From positions 4,755 through 68,754 of IMG/VR virus record IMGVR_UViG_2876118799_000002: DNA of 64,000 nt; one strand, given 5' to 3'. Below, one piece after another: positions 36,374 through 45,624 of the stretch; the stretch's first letter is position 1; every line of letters starts with the position of its first letter. Under the pieces are notes generated by a model. That model had not been told where the DNA came from and did no database searches. It worked only from the letters and a program-made list of their open reading frames with translations. This stretch comes from a virus (Duplodnaviria > Caudoviricetes). A program made the position numbers and the translations under genes.

Positions 36374-37927
36374 GTGAAAGAGCAGAAAAAAATATCTTTA
36401 GAATCGCTGGTATCTGAAATCGAAAAAAATGGAAGAATTGGGCGCTTGGGTAAAGTTTTTAAGACAGAAAAAAATTATTATTTTTATGATACAGGAACTG
36501 GAAAAGTTGCCAAATTAAATTCGAACGTTTACATTGTACTGAAAAGTTTATTGGAGGGAATGCCAGTCGAAGATATTAAAAATCTTCAATTAAGTAAAAG
36601 TGAGTTTGAGGATGCAATTTCAGAAATTAAGTCGGCAATGGAAAATGAACATATTTTACAAGCTCCACCATTAAAAACGCTGACAGGTGATGCAGTAACA
36701 GAGTTAGATGATATTCTTGAAAATAAGGTTGAGAATGTTACTCTTGAAGTTACTGAAAAATGTAATTTACGTTGCAAATATTGTATTTATCATCCTTCTC
36801 ATCCAGAATACAGGGCGTTCGGACATGAAAACATGAAATGGGATGTTGCAAAAAAAGCTATTGATTTTTTAAAAGAGCATTCCCAAAATGCAGAAAATAG
36901 GCACATTGGATTTTATGGTGGAGAACCTTTACTAAATTTTGAACTTATTGAAAGAGCAGTTGAATATGCTAAAAAATTATTTGGCGAGGATATGTCCTTT
37001 GCAATCACTACAAATGCAACATTGGTAAATGATAAGATCGCAGAGTATTTTGCCAAAAATAATTTCAATATTATTATTAGCTTGGATGGTCCTCAGGAAA
37101 TGCACGATGCAAATCGGCTTATGGTTAATGGGACAGGTAGCTTTGAAAAAACAGTTATGGGAGCAAAAAAACTATTTGAAGCATTCCATAAGGAAGGAAA
37201 GAGTTCTAAGATTGGATTTAATATGGTTGTATCGGGACCAGGTTATCTTGAACAGTATACAAAAATTCAGGAGTTTATCGAAAAAAGTGAATGGATTCCC
37301 AAAGACGTTATGATTTTGACTGCAACGGTAGATCATGGACCGTCAGAGAGTGATTACTTTTTACCGCAAGGAAAAGAAGATAGATGGTTTATGGAAGAGT
37401 TTTATGAACCTTTAATGAAATGGGAAGAAGTGTATAAATCAAATCCAGATAATACAGAAAAAACTTTGTTTACGGATGGTTATATGGATAAGGGAATGAT
37501 GATTATACACAAACGCTTGTTGACAGAAACACCTATTCAACAGTATGGAATGAATGGATGCTGCGTGCCGGGACAAAGAAGGATTTATGTCACTACAAAA
37601 GGTGAATTTTTACATTGTGAAAAAGTAGGAAATATACCTTGTTTAGGCAATGTGAATGAGGGATTTGATAAAGAAAAAATTAAGAAACTTTATGTTGAAG
37701 ACTTTATAGAAGAAGCAAAAGAGTATTGTAAAGAATGTTGGGCAGTTAATTTATGTACATTATGTTATGTTAATTGCTACGATGCTAATGGATTACATCT
37801 TTCATATCGACATAATTCATGTCGAAACGAAAGAAAGTATTTGGAAGACAATTTAAGACGATATCATGCATTAATGGAGGCAAATCCAAGCGAATTGGAA
37901 CAATATAATGAAATGGAAATTCATTAA
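36374..37927 (+). CDS. Radical SAM/SPASM Cys-rich peptide maturase (CcpM-like)
   Basis: N-terminal YFYDTGTG RRE-like region, CNLRCKYC, GGEP, GCCVPG...HCEKV...CKECW...CTLCYVNC; GTG 36374 with aaggag RBS (track start 36356). Confidence 0.9.
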   Translation: MKEQKKISLESLVSEIEKNGRIGRLGKVFKTEKNYYFYDTGTGKVAKLNSNVYIVLKSLLEGMPVEDIKNLQLSKSEFEDAISEIKSAMENEHILQAPPLKTLTGDAVTELDDILENKVENVTLEVTEKCNLRCKYCIYHPSHPEYRAFGHENMKWDVAKKAIDFLKEHSQNAENRHIGFYGGEPLLNFELIERAVEYAKKLFGEDMSFAITTNATLVNDKIAEYFAKNNFNIIISLDGPQEMHDANRLMVNGTGSFEKTVMGAKKLFEAFHKEGKSSKIGFNMVVSGPGYLEQYTKIQEFIEKSEWIPKDVMILTATVDHGPSESDYFLPQGKEDRWFMEEFYEPLMKWEEVYKSNPDNTEKTLFTDGYMDKGMMIIHKRLLTETPIQQYGMNGCCVPGQRRIYVTTKGEFLHCEKVGNIPCLGNVNEGFDKEKIKKLYVEDFIEEAKEYCKECWAVNLCTLCYVNCYDANGLHLSYRHNSCRNERKYLEDNLRRYHALMEANPSELEQYNEMEIH

Positions 37928-37990
37928 CAAAGGTAAATACGTTTATATTTACATAGATGTATTTAAATTACAAAGAAAGGAGGAATCGTT

Positions 37991-38191
37991 ATGAAGTTTG
38001 TAAATCCAATTGGAAGAACACCTGGATCAGGAGTGCAGCCGAGAGCATGCATGTGTACTGATGGATATGCAGGTTACAGAGGCAATGATGATGGTTGTGT
38101 TCATTGTGGCTGTGGCTGTGGTGGCGAAGGAGAGTATCGTACAGGTAACAGAGTAAATGCTGTTGCTACATTCCGTTCTAGTACTCTCTAA
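37991..38191 (+). CDS. Six-Cys RiPP precursor (sacti/ranthipeptide type)
   Basis: aaaggagg RBS; QPRA-CMC...CVHCGCGC; lies between rSAM and ABC exporter. Confidence 0.85.
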   Translation: MKFVNPIGRTPGSGVQPRACMCTDGYAGYRGNDDGCVHCGCGCGGEGEYRTGNRVNAVATFRSSTL

Positions 38192-38255
38192 GAGGTAGTA
38201 AAAACGAAGGCGTAGTACTATATGTGCTACGCCTTCACTATATAGGAGAAAAATC

Positions 38256-40031
38256 ATGCTAAAAAAAATAAAAAGGAATATTTTTTTGATTTATTATACG
38301 ATAAGATTAATTTGTAAAATATGTAAAGCAAAATTTATTCTGGCATTTATTTTGTCTATAATAAATGGAATTCTTCCTGTTTCGTCCTTATTGGTAATGC
38401 AACAGTTGTTAAATGAAATACAAAACAAGACACAATCATATCAATATGTGGTGTATCTTTTGATTTTATATTTCGGGCTAATTATCTCGGAATCGCTTTT
38501 ACAGAATTTAGCAAGCTATAATTTAAACAATTTAAACAATCATTTAGTTTATGGAATAAATTACATTCTTATGAAAAAATGTGGGGATTTATCATTGGAA
38601 ATGTTAGAGAGAACAGAAACATATGATATGATAAATCGTTTAGAACAAGAAATTGGAAATAAACCATATCAGACCATGCAAGGGGTATTAGGCTTAGCAT
38701 CTAATTTAGTTTCGTTATTTTCAGCCGCAATGATACTACTTTCATGGAATCCAATTCTTGTGATTATAATGATTGCTGTGTCAATATTAATGTTTATAGG
38801 ACAAATTTATGTTGGTAATAAAGAATTTCTAATGAGATATGAGCGCAGTGGAAAAGAAAGAAAAGCGTGGTATTATACATATTTACTTACACATGATACA
38901 GCATTTAAAGAGGTAAAAGCATATGGATTAAAAAAATATTTGCTGGATAAATATTGTAGCTTAGTCAAAACTTTCATAAAACAAGCCAATGAAATTGAAA
39001 AAACCAGAGCTGTTTTAAATATGATTATTTCGTTTATACAAGATATAGTTTGTATAATTATAATGATTATTGCAATATATTTGGCTTACGTAGGGAAAAA
39101 AATGATAGGAACCACTATGTCATATTTAAATGCTGTGTCCATGATGCAAAATGCTACAAATAGCATTGCCTCTAATGTTTATTCTATTTATAACGCAAAT
39201 TTATATATACAATTACTAAAAGATTTTTTAGAAATAAAAGAAGGGGAGAATGCGTTAGGTGGTACAAAAGTAGATAATATAAAGACAATTGAACTAAGAA
39301 ACGTATCTTTCGATTATCCTCAATGTAAAATGGCACTATCTACCATTAATTTAAAAATTAAATCAAACGAACAGATTGCAATTGTAGGAAAAAATGGATC
39401 TGGGAAAAGCACTTTATTTAAAATTTTATGTGGGTTATATAAACCTACTAGTGGGAAGCTATTTGTTAATAATCTTGATTTGGAGAATATTGATGTAAAG
39501 AGTTACAGGAATTGTATATCTGTTCTTTTTCAAGATTTTTTAAAGTATGAAGGTACATTGGAAGAGAACGTTTATATAGGAGATATTAGTACAGAAGTCG
39601 ATGAAAATAAAATTAAAAATTCATTGTGCAAAGCAAACGTTGATTTTTTAAAAACCGAAAGAGGATACGAACTAAAAAGAGGATTAGGAAATTGGTTTGA
39701 TGAAGGAGGTCAATTATCAGGTGGTCAATGGCAGAAAATAGCGTTAGCAAGAACCTATTATAAAAATGCAGATTTATATTTGTTGGATGAGCCTAGTTCC
39801 GCATTAGATGTAACAGCAGAAACCAAAATTTTTAAGAGTTTTTTTGAGGTGAGTAAAAATAAGATAGCAATATATATAACCCATAGAGTAAAAATTGCAC
39901 AGGATGCTAATAAAATAATTGTATTAGATGGGGGTAAAATAGTAGGTATAGGAACACATGCAGAGTTATTGAAAAATTGTAGTGTATATCAAGATTTATA
40001 TAATCAAGAGAACCTAAAAAATAAAGGGTAA
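38256..40031 (+). CDS. Fused ABC exporter (no peptidase domain)
   Basis: TMD plus GKNGSGKST, LSGGQWQK, LDEPSS, ITHR. Confidence 0.9.
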   Translation: MLKKIKRNIFLIYYTIRLICKICKAKFILAFILSIINGILPVSSLLVMQQLLNEIQNKTQSYQYVVYLLILYFGLIISESLLQNLASYNLNNLNNHLVYGINYILMKKCGDLSLEMLERTETYDMINRLEQEIGNKPYQTMQGVLGLASNLVSLFSAAMILLSWNPILVIIMIAVSILMFIGQIYVGNKEFLMRYERSGKERKAWYYTYLLTHDTAFKEVKAYGLKKYLLDKYCSLVKTFIKQANEIEKTRAVLNMIISFIQDIVCIIIMIIAIYLAYVGKKMIGTTMSYLNAVSMMQNATNSIASNVYSIYNANLYIQLLKDFLEIKEGENALGGTKVDNIKTIELRNVSFDYPQCKMALSTINLKIKSNEQIAIVGKNGSGKSTLFKILCGLYKPTSGKLFVNNLDLENIDVKSYRNCISVLFQDFLKYEGTLEENVYIGDISTEVDENKIKNSLCKANVDFLKTERGYELKRGLGNWFDEGGQLSGGQWQKIALARTYYKNADLYLLDEPSSALDVTAETKIFKSFFEVSKNKIAIYITHRVKIAQDANKIIVLDGGKIVGIGTHAELLKNCSVYQDLYNQENLKNKG

Positions 40032-40524
40032 TGCATGATGCCTACTCTCCTTTTGGAAATAGAGAGAAATGCTGCTGTTCTAACATTTCCCAACAATTAT
40101 TTATAGGATGAATATTCGGTGGATATGCACAACTTTAAAATTAGGCGCTTGCATAAAACGGAACATATCTAATCTGAAAAGTAAGAAGCATATTCATATT
40201 ATTGTGAACTTCTGTGAAAATTAACGCTCGATTGAAACAACTGAGTGTTTTCAATGTTTCCATCGGATTTAAAGTAAAATTCTGAGAGTTAATTAACTCT
40301 ACGAGGAATTTATAAAATTCACTGTAAACGGCTGAAATAAACTATTTTTAGAAAATGAGAGTTAATTTTTCAGGAAGTTCACAATTATAGAAAAGATGGC
40401 AGAGATAGAAATTATGTAAAAAGTAAAAATAACTAAAAAAGTGCCGGATGTTGGATATTTCGTTCGGTATTTCTTTCTGGAATGGGAACAGTTAGAAATT
40501 TATAAATCAAGAGGAGGCATACAG

Positions 40525-40854
40525 ATGAAGTATGTTTTTCCAGAATATAAAGAGAATGTAGTTTTGGGCGATGGAAAACTGCAGTTAAATCCAATGTCCT
40601 ATCAGGTTATTTACGAAGGAAAGGAAATAGATTTAACGCCCAGGGAATTTGAAGTTCTGTATCTTTTAGCCCAAAGGCCAAATTGGGTTATTCCAAAGAA
40701 GAATATCTATTGTTCGGTCTGGGAGAGTAATTATTATGATGATCAGATTCCGTACAAAACAGTGGAACACGTAGTATGGAAGATACGAAAAAAGATGGGG
40801 CATGATATTATAGAAACATTGATCAATGTAGGGTATAGACTAAAAAAGATGTAA
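40525..40854 (+). CDS. Stand-alone OmpR-type winged-helix protein (copy 2)
   Basis: 109 aa, about 15 substitutions relative to 13547-13876 by manual alignment; same gaggagg RBS. Confidence 0.85.
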   Translation: MKYVFPEYKENVVLGDGKLQLNPMSYQVIYEGKEIDLTPREFEVLYLLAQRPNWVIPKKNIYCSVWESNYYDDQIPYKTVEHVVWKIRKKMGHDIIETLINVGYRLKKM

Positions 40855-41041
40855 AGGCAGGATAGTGTGAGTAAAAGTTTTTATATTCTGATTGAATTTT
40901 TGGGAGATACGCCATATAATATTGGCAACTATAAGAAAGCGCGTACATACGTCATTTGACTAAATATCACGTTGTAACTAGAAATTGAGATAAACTCTTA
41001 CAGAGCTTTTGTGGACTATCCAAAGAAAAAGGAGGCTGACT

Positions 41042-41650
41042 ATGAACGTATATGAAGAAATAGATCAGGAAACAATGATGTTGCTTTTAGATTCCTTGTG
41101 TAAACGGACAGTGGAGGGAAAACAGATATGGGAAAATATGGAGTATAATCCTATTTCCTTTTTACAGAAAGATATTTATGAAAAAGAAGGTACCTGTATA
41201 TCACAAATGTTTGAAGCAACGACAGTGTTCAATAACATTGAATATAAATTAGAGCTTTCAGAGTCAATCGAACTTCCGTCTGGCAAGGGAGATATTTTTG
41301 GAACAATTTCTTATGAAACAGAAGACGGAAAAGAGAATACGTATGATTTCTCTTTGTCTTTTGATGTAGAGAAATATGATGATGCGAATGCGGAAGAATT
41401 GCAGGGGATTTTTGGGAGCTCAATCATTGTACAGTTTACAGATGCAATAGTGGGAATATTTGAAAATTCAGATGCGGTAGCTGAGGGATTTGCTTATGCA
41501 AGATACTATCATCAAACAGGAATTGATTCGGAATGGGAAACCAATCCTCTTGTGAAACTTGGTGAGAAACTGATGCAAGAGCACGCAATGCTGGATTTTC
41601 ATAAAATAGTATTGGATACAGCTTCTAGGGAGCGTTTATTGAAACGGTAA
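41042..41650 (+). CDS. Hypothetical acidic cytoplasmic protein
   Basis: aggagg RBS, long open frame; no family recognised. Confidence 0.7.
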   Translation: MNVYEEIDQETMMLLLDSLCKRTVEGKQIWENMEYNPISFLQKDIYEKEGTCISQMFEATTVFNNIEYKLELSESIELPSGKGDIFGTISYETEDGKENTYDFSLSFDVEKYDDANAEELQGIFGSSIIVQFTDAIVGIFENSDAVAEGFAYARYYHQTGIDSEWETNPLVKLGEKLMQEHAMLDFHKIVLDTASRERLLKR

Positions 41651-41698
41651 GTAACGGGTTATAATAAGATACAACCAATCAATTTTTTGTGGAAACTA

Positions 41699-41727
41699 TT
41701 GATATTTCTTAGGGTATCGCATATAAT
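41699..41727 (+). promoter_or_regulatory. Sigma-A-type promoter
   Basis: TTGATA (41699) - 17 bp - TATAAT (41722). Confidence 0.75.
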
Positions 41728-41733
41728 ATAATT

Positions 41734-41987
41734 AAGCCAAAAGGTTTCGTGTAGCGGCACGTAAAAGCTGTACTGTGCCCGGGCAGGGTAATTACTGGGA
41801 CTATTTGATACTCGGAAGGGTATTACGCCCACACCAGGGAGATACGGTGAGTCCGCGCCGGGGACTCAATGATACCGGCGACATTTTAGACATTCGGAAG
41901 GATGTCGCGGCTGACAGCCAGCATAAAACCGCTTTTTAAGATTATGGGCACTGGATAACAAAAAAGTTGTCCAGTGCTGTTTTTTTA
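41734..41987 (+). ncRNA. Candidate structured RNA (about 250 nt) ending in an intrinsic terminator
   Basis: GC-rich patch in AT-rich DNA, no plus-strand ORF with RBS, several stems (tgagtcc/ggactca; gcgacat/atgtcgc; cgtg/cacg), bounded by a promoter and a terminator. Confidence 0.5.
41948..41987 (+). terminator. Intrinsic terminator directly upstream of the nuclease gene
   Basis: gcactggataac-aaaaaa-gttgtccagtgc then T-tract. Confidence 0.8.
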
Positions 41988-42015
41988 TACTATAGTGATG
42001 ATTGGGAAAAGATAG

Positions 42016-42648
42016 ATGGGAAAACAACAGGATAGAGAGAAAATTGTACAGGAGATTAAAGTAGCTGCTGATCTGTATAGGAAGCATTTAGTAGGTAAAA
42101 GATTTCTATATGTATTTGAAGGCAGATATATTGAGGTGCTTTATAAAGCTGCCAATTTTAGGCACTTGACAGGTGTGGCCACGAACCTTTCAGCAAAAAA
42201 GTTTTATAGTTATGCAGCAAAAAAAATGCTTCAGGCTTCGCAGATATTTTTTACACCGCAGCACCCTTTTTCATTGTGTAAGCGTAAGATTAAGCATATC
42301 GGACAGATTGCAATGCTGGCTGGCTCAGAAGGATTTATGCTGGAAGAGATTGTCACAGACACGAGAACTTATAAGTTTGGCACAACAGATCTTAATTTTA
42401 CTCTATGCTTAAATAAAGAGTATGATGATAAGGGGCAGCAAAAGGGCGATTGCTTTGTAGTAGAATCGCTGCGAGATGAAGATTGCTTTTCTAAAAGTAG
42501 AACAGCATATACAGTAACTCATATTTTTTCAGCGCCGAATGATGCGAAAAAATATACAAATTTACTGTTTTTAGATGAAAATGCAACGGTAGACGGTCTT
42601 CCAGATGAAATTAAAAACATGCTGGATCAAACTTTACTACATAAATAA
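42016..42648 (+). CDS. PBECR4-like (RelE/Barnase-fold) nuclease domain protein
   Basis: Recalled family pattern A..Y...L......Y.F...IEV.....NF.HLTG; not verified by HMM. Confidence 0.55.
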   Translation: MGKQQDREKIVQEIKVAADLYRKHLVGKRFLYVFEGRYIEVLYKAANFRHLTGVATNLSAKKFYSYAAKKMLQASQIFFTPQHPFSLCKRKIKHIGQIAMLAGSEGFMLEEIVTDTRTYKFGTTDLNFTLCLNKEYDDKGQQKGDCFVVESLRDEDCFSKSRTAYTVTHIFSAPNDAKKYTNLLFLDENATVDGLPDEIKNMLDQTLLHK

Positions 42649-42743
42649 AAATGGAGAGTACAGGTCTTGGCGTATAGAAAATACTGCAGGATCTTCTTAC
42701 GAAAGAATTTTTTAAGATATGAGAGAAAAGAGGTGCTTTCTAT

Positions 42744-42947
42744 ATGGCTACATCAAGTATCCTTACAGAGCTTGTGATTGAAGACCCCAAAAAGGCAGAA
42801 GCATTTATTAATGCACTGGAACTGTCCAGTCAAGATCCAGTATGCAGCCCGTCTGCCCCGTTCATTCCCATATTAGATAGTGTGGAAGAGATACGGAGGT
42901 TCCTGGAAAGAAAAAAAAGTAAGCCTATGTATTGGCAAATATCTTAG
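42744..42947 (+). CDS. Small hypothetical protein (antitoxin-like MATSSI...F.NALE pattern)
   Basis: gaggtg RBS; 67 aa; family assignment weak. Confidence 0.5.
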   Translation: MATSSILTELVIEDPKKAEAFINALELSSQDPVCSPSAPFIPILDSVEEIRRFLERKKSKPMYWQIS

Positions 42948-43200
42948 ATGAATAGAAGCTATTGGAGAGGAGTCGATATGTGACGTTCTCTCCTTTTTTA
43001 TGCCTAATTGAAGAGATAATGCAGTGCTTTTTCGTAAATGGTGCAAAAATCGTTTTCAACTCGTTCAGATATAATAAATCTCTAAAACCAAAAAAGGAAA
43101 GAAATGGTAATGAAACTGGGAAATCTTGCCTCCATAGTCCATTACCAGGGAAAGGATTTGTAATTATAATAGAGCCTGTAATCAACGAGGAGATAAAAGA

Positions 43201-43557
43201 ATGCAGAATGAACTTTATATTGTAGCAGATGCCATAAAAGCCTTGCGGGAATCCAGGGGACTGACTCAGGAGCAGCTTGCAGAGAAAGCAGATATTTCCG
43301 TATCACATCTGGCGAAGATTGAAACACATGCCAGACTTATGGGAATGAAAACTTATATCCGGCTGTTGGAAGCTATGGATATTCCCATAAAAGAACACTT
43401 TATACACATGGGTACAGCGAAAAAAGATATGATGTTGAAGGAAAAAATCTGGTATCTGGTACAGGATTGTGATGAAAGAGAAACTAGCCTTTTGATCTAT
43501 TCCATAGAGGGAATTAAGAAAGGGCTAAAGAAATATCAGCAAGACAGCAGGAAGTGA
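43201..43557 (+). CDS. XRE-family HTH regulator
   Basis: IKALRESRGLTQEQLAEKADISVSHLAKIE. Confidence 0.9.
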   Translation: MQNELYIVADAIKALRESRGLTQEQLAEKADISVSHLAKIETHARLMGMKTYIRLLEAMDIPIKEHFIHMGTAKKDMMLKEKIWYLVQDCDERETSLLIYSIEGIKKGLKKYQQDSRK

Positions 43558-44039
43558 GAATACAGATAGGGAGGAAAAGGGAAATGTTATCAAGAGAAAA
43601 GGTGGAAGCAGTATTATTTAAAATGGGAATGCCTGCCAATGTAAAAGGATTTGGCTATATTGTAGACAGTGTTTTGCTTCTGGAAGAAGACAGCAAGATT
43701 AAAACGACATATCTGTATTTTAAGGTGGCCCAGCAACATGGCACGACAGGGCAGCGGGTAGAACGGGCAATCCGCCATGCGTTTGATATTGTCCGAAGCT
43801 GCAGAGGTGATTATGATGTGGTGAACCATTATATCGGTTTTATCAACTGTGCCAATTCCCCTTCCTTATCCATGCTCACAATGAAGATACGGGAGGAAGC
43901 ACTGGAAGTACCGGAACCAAAACCGGAAAAGAAAGAAGAGAACGTGATTACGGGAATTACCGAAGACCGGCTTTTGGAGTTGATGCGGCAGGCATGTACG
44001 GAATTTTGGGCAGATATGATTATCCGGTTAAAAAAATAA
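43554..44039 (+). CDS. Spo0A C-terminal DNA-binding domain protein (no receiver)
   Basis: GMPANVKGFGYI...LY..VA..HGTT..RVERAIRHA matches the Spo0A output domain. Confidence 0.85.
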   Translation: MRIQIGRKREMLSREKVEAVLFKMGMPANVKGFGYIVDSVLLLEEDSKIKTTYLYFKVAQQHGTTGQRVERAIRHAFDIVRSCRGDYDVVNHYIGFINCANSPSLSMLTMKIREEALEVPEPKPEKKEENVITGITEDRLLELMRQACTEFWADMIIRLKK

Positions 44040-44674
44040 AGAGAAATGCAGACCGAAAACAGTCTGCCAAAACACATCAGGGTTATGGTGTCTTTTGGCA
44101 GGCTGATGTTTTCAGCCGGGAAGAACCTTGAAAACTGAATATCAGTATGGTGATATTTTTTTAAAACAAACGTGTCATTTCTGACGCTAATCTATAGAAA
44201 TATCTTAAAGGACACAAAACATTTCGGCACATTCTATTTTGTATGATGCAGGGTCATGAGCTGTGCGAAGATACACTTGTCCGCAGTGGCAGCAGGTAAG
44301 GCAGAAAAGAAGCGGATCAAACAAGGAATCGTAGAAGATGAAGGGAAAGTGTGAGCAGCGCCCGGACATAGGCTGTGGGTGGCAGGCAGTCTGAAAGCCG
44401 AATGATAATGATACCTTTGCATAAAACACTGCAACCAGGGTAGCGTCTGGGACATGCTGCAGCGGGAAAGGGTGCTGCAGGGTGTCAGGCGGCCAGCCGG
44501 GCCGGTCCTACATGCTCCCGTTCACACCGGGGTGAGAAAATAAAAAACATGCTGGCAGGGAAAGCCCTGCCAGTATGGTGTGTAAAATGGGTTCATTTTA
44601 GGGCTATGGGGAAACGCCGGTTTCTTTATAGCCCTGGAATGAAAACAGGAGCCAAAGAAAGAGGAGGCAGAGCA

Positions 44675-45220
44675 ATGAATAGAGAGATGTTACAAAAACT
44701 GTTTTCAGAAGATAAAGAGATCTTTCAGGGAGGAATGTTATTCCCTGCATGGATCTGCAAAGGAAAAAAAGAGATAGAAAATAGGAACAGTCCCCAGCGG
44801 GCGGCAGTGTATCTGGATATTCCCATTCCATGTGCCGGGCTTTTGTATTATGAAAAAGAAAAAAGCCTGCATTACTGTGAACAGCAGACATACCATGTGG
44901 TTACTTTACTGGAAGGTGTAGGGTGTGGTAATTCCATAGAAAAAGAAAACTGGCAGAGGCTGGCAGTGCTTGCAGGAAAAGGCATGATTGATGTGATTGT
45001 GGTATCCGGGCTTAGCAGGTTATCCTATTGTCCGGAAGAAATTTTACAGACTATGGAACTGCTCCAGTCTTTTCAGGTGCAGATAGACTGTATCGGTTAT
45101 GGGATTTTAGATTATGCCAGACTGAAACAGTATTTAATGCACACCTGGGAGAAACAGGAACAATTTGAGCAGGACTTAGATGCGTATCTGTGCAGTTGCT
45201 GTACCAGGGAAGGGATATAA
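44675..45220 (+). CDS. Hypothetical protein with degenerate resolvase-like domain
   Basis: AAVY without RxS; WQRL...G.IDVIVVSGLSRL resembles the resolvase DxxxVxxLSR motif; gaggagg RBS before ATG 44675. Confidence 0.55.
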   Translation: MNREMLQKLFSEDKEIFQGGMLFPAWICKGKKEIENRNSPQRAAVYLDIPIPCAGLLYYEKEKSLHYCEQQTYHVVTLLEGVGCGNSIEKENWQRLAVLAGKGMIDVIVVSGLSRLSYCPEEILQTMELLQSFQVQIDCIGYGILDYARLKQYLMHTWEKQEQFEQDLDAYLCSCCTREGI

Positions 45221-45474
45221 TGCTCTCGCGGGAAGAACTGCTGAAGATGCGGGAAATGACGTTTGAGGACATTGACCCGAAAGAGATACAAGATGTAGAG
45301 AAACTGAAGATTGATGTAAAAAAGAGCAAACCGGAGAAGGTCCGGGAAATCCTGGAGTCCGGAAAGAACCCTTATTTTCTGAAATATAAGGGGATCACCA
45401 TAAAGATTGGGTTTGCTTCTACCAACCGTACCATAGAGGAAGCCATGCAAAGCCTTGTGCAGATGAAATGGTAA
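45220..45474 (+). CDS. DUF6870-like small protein
   Basis: IDP.E..DV..LKID.....K..NPYF.K......IGF pattern recalled from genes preceding recombinase triplets. Confidence 0.6.
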   Translation: MLSREELLKMREMTFEDIDPKEIQDVEKLKIDVKKSKPEKVREILESGKNPYFLKYKGITIKIGFASTNRTIEEAMQSLVQMKW

Positions 45475-45624
45475 AGCCACGACAGGGATAGGGAAGAAAG
45501 CGGATTGTTGGCAGATTACAGGGTGGACAAACCTTCTGGACTATGGTAGGATGATGGCAAGGACCCAGTAGCCTCTATCATTTAGGGAATCGGCTGACGA
45601 ATCTAAATGATAGGAGCGAATACA

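Noticed and set aside
41774-41800. Group II intron start (gtgcccgg...) in the candidate RNA
   Set aside because: Only a few bases resemble a IIC 5' end; no domain V, no reverse transcriptase, and the region is too short.
43554-44039. The chromosomal spo0A gene
   Set aside because: No receiver domain, and it sits in mobile-element context.
44205-44548. Short minus-strand ORFs and a possible oriT
   Set aside because: No RBS or motifs; no relaxase in the window and no nic-site consensus I can identify.
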